From: Eledone cirrhosa
Taxonomy: Eukaryota
Length of the DNA: 64,000 nt
Direction of reading: 5' to 3'
NCBI GenBank assembly: GCA_964016885.1
Contig: OZ024742.1
Coordinates: forward strand, 171,244,001-171,308,000
Below the pieces are notes generated by a model. It made no database searches and was not told the origin of the DNA. It saw nothing but the letters and a program-made list of their open reading frames with translations. Both the position numbers and the translations under genes were made by a program. Numbering within the stretch: position 1 is the first letter of the stretch; every line of letters starts with the position of its first letter. Shown in pieces: positions 54,287-64,000 of the stretch.

Positions 54287-54507
54287 GAGGTGTGACACAC
54301 GAGTTGTGATATTTTAGTAAAAAGGAAAAGAAAATGCTGACAGATTTTTTCCAGTGAAAAATAGTTTAATTAGGAATAAGTATAAATTAGTAGTTAGTAT
54401 TCAGTGTTAGTTTTAAGTGTTTTACCGGTTGTGCATTTCAAATGCTTTTCAAAAATAATTTTGAGATAGAGCGTTCGTGATTTGGTTGGTTGAATGTCAC
54501 GTGAATA

Positions 54508-54546
<39 letters not shown>

Positions 54547-54670
54547 TCTCCTCTACGGTAACCCTTCTACCTTTGTTTTGTTTTCATTTTCATTTTCACT
54601 TTTCTCCTACTTCTCACTCACTTCTTACCTCGAGATTTCCCATCTGCATTGTTGTGGCTTTCTAAACTAC

Positions 54671-54751
<81 letters not shown>

Positions 54752-54756
<5 letters not shown>

Positions 54757-55153
54757 TAATGAAATGACAGGAGGCTGGATTTGTGTAAATCCTTGAAAGG
54801 CGAACGGCAAAGGTAGAAGGTGCTGAATGGCGGTCGCCCTCGGGTCCTTGATTTTCAGCCCCATGGATTTTATCTATTACATTCACGTATTATATTTCGA
54901 ATACCTGATGATATCACCGGATTCATACGGAACCCGGTCATTGAAATGATCATAGTATAATAAGCCTTTCAAGAATTTACACAAATCCAGCCTCCTCTCA
55001 TTTCATTATAATATTTAACTCCGTAATAGCACCACCAACTACAAAAACAAAGACGGTTGAACTGCTTTACGTTAAGTACTCTCTATATTATTACATTGCG
55101 ATTGACCATACGGAATTGACCAGCTCTATCCAGTGGTGAACCTCAACTCTGAA
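54752..55153 (+). mobile_element. Family B element with a 5' inverted ~50-bp piece
   Basis: 54754-54801 is the reverse complement of 54964-55011. (TA)n on both sides. Confidence 0.8.
54901..54958 (+). ncRNA. Type-I hammerhead ribozyme (family B)
   Basis: ATAC-CTGATGA-[ACCGGATTC..GAACCCGGT]-GAAA-TGATCA-TA-GTAT. Confidence 0.75.
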
Positions 55154-55169
55154 TATATATATATATCTC

Positions 55170-55243
<74 letters not shown>

Positions 55244-55440
55244 TTAAAACAATGAAATAAAAAATCAAGTCATTAGATATATACTTCACTGCTTTACGAT
55301 CGTTTCTAGATGATGATAATACATTGTAGCTATACTCCGTTATTGATCTATGTAAGGTTAGTTACAAAATATCAGATAAAGAGAATATTTACTTACATGC
55401 ATATCACCAGCTGTTTTCAAAAGCAATAATAATTTTATTC

Positions 55441-55571
55441 AATAACAATTGTTTCTACTTTTGGCACAAGGCCAGCAATTACCCAGAGCATTACTGGTAC
55501 TTTAGTTTATCGACCCCGTAAGGATGAAAGGCAAAGTTAACCTCGGCGGGATTTGAACTCAGAATGGCAAT
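55441..55571 (-). mobile_element. 5'-truncated Meta-SINE with 17-bp target-site duplication
   Basis: CAATAATAATTTTATTC at 55424-55440 and 55572-55588. Confidence 0.85.
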
Positions 55572-56445
55572 CAATAATAATTTTATTCAGAATTAGTGGT
55601 ATGTTGGAGGTAGTTGAAGAACTAACGAATCAAATTGTTTTTTTCATATGATGTTAAGATGAAAATTAATACACTTTAGTTGAAGTCATGACCCTTTGAA
55701 AGGAATGGTTGAATGGTGTTAATAGTAGAATTGGCATAAAAGTCTATTAGGAGGAAAGGGATTGTCAAACTGATAGTTGAATGTATCTGGTATAGTGAAG
55801 TTAAAAAGAATGTCAAAATAAATGGTTATTAGTGTTGTATTGAGTATTTAGGTGAATATAAATTAAGGTTATGGCTAGGAAAGATAGTATACTAAAAGAT
55901 GAAAATTATAATAAGATAATGAAATACAGTAATGCGATAATATAGAACTTAACCAACACAATATAGTACGGTGTGGTAAATTGCACTTAGTATAATACAG
56001 CATATGATACGCTCTAAAATACTATGAAGTATGTTTATGCATAAATAATCAAACTCAGATAAATACATGTTGGCATAGTTAAAACATAAGTTTCATAGAT
56101 TACAAAGTGGATATATCCACACTATATATATAGAGAGGTACAGTTTTATTGATATCCAACCAAAAATATACATACGCACAAATAGATACAAACCTAAATA
56201 CACATTTACACATATGCACATAATCATATACACACCTATACCCACATATATACACATATATATATATATATATACACACATATAAATACATATATATATA
56301 TATATACATGTACACACACTCATATATAAACACTCATACACCTATACTCACATATACACACACACAAACACACATATATATATATACACACACACATACA
56401 CACACACATACATATACACATACATATATACATACATATATACAC

Positions 56446-56478
<33 letters not shown>

Positions 56479-56700
56479 TACACACACATAAATATATTTC
56501 TATATCATACATAGATATATATTTACTCATGCAATTACGGGTGGTTGTGTATCTTGTTGCCTTTAGTCATTAAAGCATAAACTTAAGGAAGCTAAAACAT
56601 TAAAAGGTAAAAAATAAGCATGAATGCATATAATTAGGGGAAAGGGGTACTAATAAATGTTACTCTATATAGAATTATAGTGAGTTGCCATTTGGAATAT

Positions 56701-57127
56701 TTAATTAGGTTTATTGTATTTAAATGTTCTTCGTATACGGTGATTACAAACTATGATTAGTTCCTGCCTTTTATTTAATAAATCGTCCTTAGATTTAGTA
56801 ATTACCAAGAACTCCCCTGAACATAATCTGCATTCCCTCCTGTTCCCAAGATATGGAGTTCTTTGTAGAATGGTGTTCCACGATAACTTGAAATCTATTT
56901 TTTTCTTTTTATAATTATTTACCGCTTCAGCTAAAGATGTGGTGTTAGCTAGTTTAGTATTGTTGAAACTACTAGAGTGTGCGCAAAATCTTTTCTTAAA
57001 TGTGTTTGATGTAGATCCTATATATGTTTTGTTGGAGTCTGTAGTAGACACAGTGCATTTATATATTACATCATTAATCAAACAGTTGCCATTTAAGGGG
57101 CAAATGCTTCTATTTCTGCAATTACAG
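56701..57127 (-). pseudogene. Penelope-like element (Neptune-type) GIY-YIG endonuclease domain
   Basis: GCNCRNRSICPLNGNCL Cys motif, followed by VIY..YIGST..FKKRF..H, CRLCSGE and LLNKRQEL..CNH. Confidence 0.85.
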
Positions 57128-57249
57128 CCTTACGTAAGAAGGTTGTTGGGGTGCCTATACTATTCTCATTAATCCTTGATCTATTCCTATTGTAATTAAT
57201 GATACCAGGAGAATGAAGGTTGTTTTGTGGATGGTTTGGTGCTAGGAAT

Positions 57250-57686
<437 letters not shown>

Positions 57687-59252
57687 CAGAGAGAAAAGAT
57701 AAGATGAAGTTGGAAATAGCACGGGAGATATATGTTTTTCTTTTTTAATTCGTCAAAGTGACATTATTGACAAGATAATGTTATTAAAAAGATAATGTTA
57801 TTATTTTAAACATTTTTTTATGAAGTATATAAAGTATATGAAAAAATTACCGGTTTCGATGTATTAAAATCCATCTTTTCAAATTCAGTGGAAATAGTTA
57901 ATTAAAAAGTGTTGGTAGGAGTAAATAAAGGTTTAAAATTAAAATCAAGATCGAATGTTTGAGTAAAATTTCTCCCCTCATGCTTCCTGAAAAGTCGGCT
58001 GGGAATGATTCCATTATATATATAATGGAATTGTTTGCAACAATTTACCGATATGAATCATGTATTAAAAGATACAAACAGCTTTCCAAGAGACAAATCA
58101 GAGACTGTATAGCTGCAACTAATGTTGTATGTCATGTGTACTATAATAGACCAATCACTTTTATAATAGATAATATTATTATCTGTAAACATCAGATATA
58201 TTTTGTATAGTAATCCGCATATGCTCAAAGAATTTTTTAAAAACATATTTTCAGTAAGTTGTAGATAGTCATTTATTTCACAGCTATTTGAAAGAGAAAG
58301 CTAAGTTCGCTAAACGAACACTTAAACAAGTCACATTTATGTGAGAGCTAAGGTATTAGGATTATTACTGTGACATAAAGCTTTATGTTAGGTTTTTCAT
58401 GTTTGTACTAATACATTTTCTTCTGCTAATGTTAGCTATAGAAACTACAGATATTTTCAGCGTTTCTGTAATTTATCTTTACGATGTTTCTATGAAATAT
58501 CTCATGATGCCTATGGTCTACTTGAATGGTTCTGAAAGTGGGCACTACTTCCTCCCGGGGAAGGGGGGCGTTGAGAAGGTTCAGGGTGGCGCTGGGGCTT
58601 AGGAGAGCAGTGAGGGAGGGGTGGTAGAGATGATATAATAGTATATTTAATATCAAATGAATAATATCATAACATATAGTAAAATAAAAAATATATATAA
58701 TATTTATTTATACAGCATATAATATATTATATCATTTATTATATATAAATTAACAATTTAATTTATTATAAATTATATACAATTTGCCTGTAGGCAGATC
58801 TCTTTGGAAATAGGGTTAGAGGAGCTGAGGATATTATGTGACCATGAGGGGGGGGGGGGCTCAAAAAGTTTGAGAACCTGTGGTCTACATTTAGATAATT
58901 ATTTATATGTGGGAGGAACATTCTGGCAATATTAAGGAACGAATACATAAACTAAATGTGTTGTAGCTGTAACTCAAACGGCATTTCTTGTCACATCCAA
59001 AATGTCTTTGGGAACTATTTCAAGGAAAAGTGTGTTTCTGTAATGCTCAGCCATTTGCATGTTGATTTCACTAGCAGCTTGTTCTGTTTGAACAATTGTG
59101 ACAGTCGTCGTCGGAGTCATACACGCTGACACACGTCCCCCAAGATGTTTTCAATCCGTAACTGGATACAGAACCAGTATTCATACACGCACACACAGGC
59201 ACACACACGCACACCCACGCACACACACACACATACACACACACATATATAT

Positions 59253-59434
59253 ATACGTGTTAAATTCCGTTATAACGAATACCATTGTAACCATTTTTCA
59301 GTATAGCGAAATTGTTTTCAATCCCCGAGATAATAGCAAACAAACACCCGATTTGTTTCGGTCGATCTCGTTATAAAGAATTTTTCATTACAACGTATTT
59401 TTTTATACCCCGTGAATTTCCTTATAACGTAATT

Positions 59435-59441
<7 letters not shown>
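59253..59441. mobile_element. Tc1/mariner (pogo/Tigger-like) MITE
   Basis: Imperfect TIRs ..AAATTCCGTTATAACG / CTTATAACGTAATTTCACTATA, internal CGTTATAA repeats and TA flanks. Confidence 0.5.
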
Positions 59442-59482
<41 letters not shown>

Positions 59483-59485
<3 letters not shown>

Positions 59486-59666
59486 CGAAGGAAATGTGGT
59501 AAGGAACCAGGTGGACCAGAACGCACCAAAGTACTCAATACTTAGGGTAGTAGAGTGGGTAATAGGAACAAGTAAGACCCCGACGGCTGAGCTCAAGCCG
59601 TTTCGACGGCTAATTCTGAATTAGCCGTCGAAACGGCTTGAGCTCAGCCGTCGGGGTCTTAATTGT

Positions 59667-59671
<5 letters not shown>
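59483..59671. mobile_element. Family A fold-back pair in (TA)n
   Basis: Turn at ~59617 (GCTAATTC-T-GAATTAGC). Confidence 0.85.
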
Positions 59672-59702
<31 letters not shown>

Positions 59703-59710
<8 letters not shown>

Positions 59711-60122
59711 TAAAATAACAGTTTAATGTTTAAGCAAAGAATCGCTGCTTTCACCCTTAACGGGATCTTCTGAACCTAAAAAAAGTCAATCTGTGAATGC
59801 AGAAGTAAATATTTCAAAAAACGTTGCAACCGAAGGAAGACAGGAAGACGATACTTTGGTTCGTGGAAACATGAAGGGAACGTTTCCACGAACCAAAGTA
59901 TCGTCTTCCTGTCTTCCTTCGGTTGCAACGTTTTTTGAAATATTTACTTCTGCATTCACAGATTGACTTTTTTTAGGTTCAGAAGATCCCGTTAAGGGTG
60001 AAAGCAGCGATTCTTTGCTTAAACATTAATCTGTTATTTTAATAAATATTTGCTCTATGGTTCTTATATATCTGATATATATTTATCCTTATCAAGCCCT
60101 CTTTGGATTTTAGTCTTCAAAT
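59703..60122. mobile_element. Family H fold-back pair: ~168-bp arms, 11-nt spacer, HHR-like motif in each arm
   Basis: 59703-59870 vs 59882-60049, with one mismatch seen. + arm: GGTT-CAGAAGA-TCCC GTTAA GGGT-GAAA-GCA..TGC-TT-AAAC (59976-60024). A fragment also lies at ~47078-47123. Confidence 0.8.
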
Positions 60123-60194
60123 TTATTATTATTACTATATATATATATAAATAAACATATATATGTACACACACACATATATATATATATATCT

Positions 60195-60520
60195 ATGTGT
60201 ATGTATCTATGGATGTATGGATGTATGTATGTATGTATACATGGATGTATGTATGTATGTATGGATGTATGGATGTATGGATGTATGTATGTATGGATGT
60301 ATGTATGTATGCATGCATGTATGTATGTATGTATGGATGTATGGATGTATGTATGTATGTATGTATGTATGTATGTATGTATGTATGTATGTATGTATGT
60401 ATGTATGGATGTATGTATGTATGTATGTATGCATGCATGTATGGATGTATGTATGTATGTATGTATGTATGTATGTATGTATGTATGTATGTATGTATGT
60501 ATGCATGTATGCATGTATGT
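60195..60520. repeat. (TATG)n/(GATG) tetranucleotide microsatellite
   Basis: Seen directly in the sequence. Confidence 0.95.
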
Positions 60521-60883
60521 ATACGTGTATGTTCATATTTAATCAGTACAAGTGTATTTATGTTTGTCATCCTCGCAAAAGAATCACTTTCAAGCACATA
60601 ACTGAGTGTGTCTTATTGCGATATCCCGTTGTAACGCATGCGTGTGTAATAACTATGCATGCATGCGTATCATTCTTATATAGTTGGACCCACTTGAAGG
60701 ATGGAACGTATTCTAAAAAAACATTAGTTCTCCTCCCCTTCATAGACAATGTTATTTTTTCTTCCTTACACATGCAATATATAGTGTTTCAAATACATAA
60801 AGTTTTTTCAGCATTTTTTTTAGTGGAGAGAGTGATATATATATATATATGCGTGTCTATATACATCTGTCTAAGTATGTATA

Positions 60884-60995
<112 letters not shown>

Positions 60996-61279
60996 CATGT
61001 ATGTAGGTATGTATGTATCTATGTATTTATGTATGCATGTATGATAGAATGAGAATGAGCGAAAGAATGAGATGTTTCGGTGGTGAATATTGTAATGGTA
61101 ATGTCGAATTCCTTAACTACAAATATTGGCAACAACACTTATGAGGTTTCTGACAGCTGAACACACTAAAGTTTCATTGAATCTGTTGATAAGTTGTTTA
61201 GTTGTTACAGTGTCATCTATTTTCTCTTTTTTTTCTTATACAGTAATACAAACCCGCCCTGTTTGCTGTAGTCAATCTA

Positions 61280-62240
61280 ACCAACGAACCACACAGACAA
61301 TCAAACAAGCATCCAACCAGCCGGCCTGACATCCAGCCAAACAGTCAGATCGCCGTCTAACCAACACAGTCAGTAAACTAACCAGCCAACCAACCCGACG
61401 GACCACCATCCTACCAACCCACCAGACCACGATACATCAAACCTGCCAGACCACTATCCAACTAATCAACTAGACAGCCAGTTATCCAATCAGCAACCAT
61501 TTACAACGCCAACCAACCAACCAACCAGACAGACAAGCAGCCAACCAACCTTCCAAACCACAATCCGACCACCCCACCAGACCGCCATCCAACGAACTAA
61601 TCACAGTTATACAGCCAGCCATTTATGAACCTAACCAGCCAAACAACCAGCTCGACACCAGCCAGCCAGGCAGGCAGCCGCAAAACTTACCACATTGCCA
61701 ACCAGCCTGCATGACAGGCAGCCATCCAGACCGGCAGCCAAAGAGAAGCAACTAGACAGAAGCCATCCAGCCCGCAAACAACCAGCCAGCCAGCCAGTCT
61801 GAAATCCAGCCATGCAGGCAGACATGAGTCAGCCACCCATTCAGCCATGCAATCAGCAATTTAGCCAATGATCCATCCATGAAGCCCTCAAACCAGCTAG
61901 CCAGATATCCTGACATCTAGCCAACCAGTGAAATAACCTACCAGCCACACAAACAAGTACGCAGCCAGCCAGAGTACCAACCAGCCAACCAGCCAACCAG
62001 CCACCCAACCAACCAAAAACCCTACTTCCAGCCAAACCATGTAATATGCAAGCTAACCATGTGTCCAAACATCCAGCCAAGCATCAATCCAGCCCACTTA
62101 TCAAACCACCAACCAAAGAACCAGCCAGCCAGTCCACCATCCAGCCAGCTAGCCTACCATCTATACAGCCAGCCAGCCCACCACCTACCCAGTGAGCCAT
62201 CCCACCACAACACACCCAGCCAGTCAGCAAACCAACACTG
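61280..62240. repeat. Degenerate (CCAG/CCAA)n low-complexity tract
   Basis: Seen directly in the sequence. Confidence 0.8.
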
Positions 62241-63801
62241 GCAAACAAATAATAGCTAGTAAGACAGACAGAGAACTTTGATTTATATTTCAACATCATG
62301 AAGAACATCGGAGGGACTACAAATCTGATTATATAAATCATTTTTTAAATAAAAAAAAACACACGCACACACAGAAAAAATCTCTACAACTAACGAAAAG
62401 GAAAGCATAAATAACTAAATATATAGATGAATAATAAAACTAACAAATATTGAAAACTGAAGAAAAAAATAAGGTGGTAAGAGATAAGAAAGAAAGTTGT
62501 GTAATATTTGTTGTAATATATTTGAAAACATCATGTCTAATATCTATAAAACTTGTTTCCTTTCTACGCATTGATGATCTCTGAAAACATCACTCCTCTC
62601 TGTCCCTACATATCATCTTATATCTTCTTACTGACCATTGTTGATTTATGTATAACATAACGCATACACACACGCACGTGGACACACACACACACAGGTG
62701 AACACAGACACACACACGCACGTGGACACAGACACATACACGCACGTGGACACAGATACAGACACACACACACATACACACGCACACTCACACGCACACG
62801 CATGCACACATACATGTACATATGTGAGTGTAAAGGCATGCTGTGTAACTTTTAGGGTGTTGGGCTCACGTTCCTAAGGCCGTGATTTCGATTCCTGAAC
62901 CGGGCGACGCGTTGCGTCATTGAGCAAGACACTTGGTTTCACGTGGCTACAAAATGATTCATTACTCTAATTCAACTGAAGCACTCATCGTCGCAAACGA
63001 CTGAGGTTAAACACTCACATATTGACAAACACATACACATATATACACACGCATACATATATCCATACACAAACACACACATATATCAAAGTTGCACGTT
63101 GAAAAACCGAAATATGTGAGACGAACGAACAAAGGCATCTATCTGCCCCGTCTGCCATCATCTGGTTAATGCTATTTCGTTATTATGGGTGGGATTGCCT
63201 CATACTGAATGACTGCTTGTACAAGACTTCTTGCAACATGCATGTGGAAAATACAATATATAGAGAGGGAAAAATGAAGAGTATTTCCAGGGTGTGTGAC
63301 GAATCTGGCCCTTTGAATTATATGTGCAGCCATTGCAACGGGTTTCCAAACAGTTTCTGTCTTCCCGAATTTATTCACAGTGTATGGGTAGACACGAGAT
63401 TATGGTAAATGACACTCGCTCAAGATGTTTCGTATTTGGATTTAACCTGGAACCTAATGAACCTGTGGCCAACACTCCAAACATTCTGTCATGTTGTACC
63501 CAGTCTATTCTATTTTGTACTACCGGATATGTCTGTAGACTTTAAAGCAGTCATGGGCAATCTGCTGCTCGCGAAGCTTTCTGAATGGCTCACCTAAGTC
63601 ACGTAAGTGAACATTTTTGATTTTTTTACGCCAACTTTTCAGTCGTAATTTATCTTTCTATCATTTTTGCGATCGCGGAAAACAACGTGTACGAAATTTG
63701 AAGAAACAAGTCAAAACAATCTGAGTAACCGCCCTTCTTTTGGCTGATGTAAATTAGCGCTTGCGGTCCGCCTGAGATAAGCCATATCTCAGGCGGTGAA
63801 T

Positions 63802-63981
63802 TGGCATTATCGGTAGAGGGTTGGACGCCATGCTTTCTAGCATAGTTACGTCCCTTTACAGTCTGAGTTCAAATCCCGCCGAGGTTAACTTTGCCTTTCA
63901 TCCTTACGGGGTCGATAAAATAAAGTACCAGTAATGTACTGGGTAATTGCTGGCCTTGTGCCTAAAGTAGAAACAATTATT
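63802..63981 (+). mobile_element. Full-length Meta-domain SINE
   Basis: Near-identical to 38649-38827. Confidence 0.85.
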
Positions 63982-64000
63982 AATATTCGATTACATTTAT

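Overview
AT-rich, microsatellite-saturated eukaryotic (animal) DNA. By inference it is cephalopod/octopus-like, judging from the SINE content and the (TA)n/(CA)n/(TATG)n/(TAGA)n density. No host protein-coding gene can be called with confidence, and almost all short ORFs in the track are microsatellite artefacts. Recognisable content: (1) a head-to-tail stack of three 5'-truncated Tx1/L1-clade LINEs separated by (TAGA)n runs, one with an open 1124-aa APE-RT-zinc-finger ORF2 (13.8-20.2 kb); (2) a decayed Neptune-type Penelope-like element (PLE) with RT and GIY-YIG fragments (56.7-57.5 kb); (3) many tRNA-derived SINEs (Meta-domain and CORE-like), RTE-derived short elements in (CATA)n, non-autonomous Helitrons and MITEs. 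The most notable signal is a set of at least eight sequence families of short non-coding elements that mostly sit in or next to (TA)n runs. Most carry minimal type-I hammerhead ribozymes (HHR), or the 3' half of one, and very often occur as inverted, unequal-arm fold-back pairs. This includes a ~430-nt retrozyme-like tandem multimer that forms a 1.4-kb palindrome at 45.5-47.0 kb. All structure calls were made by eye and coordinates are approximate to a few bases.
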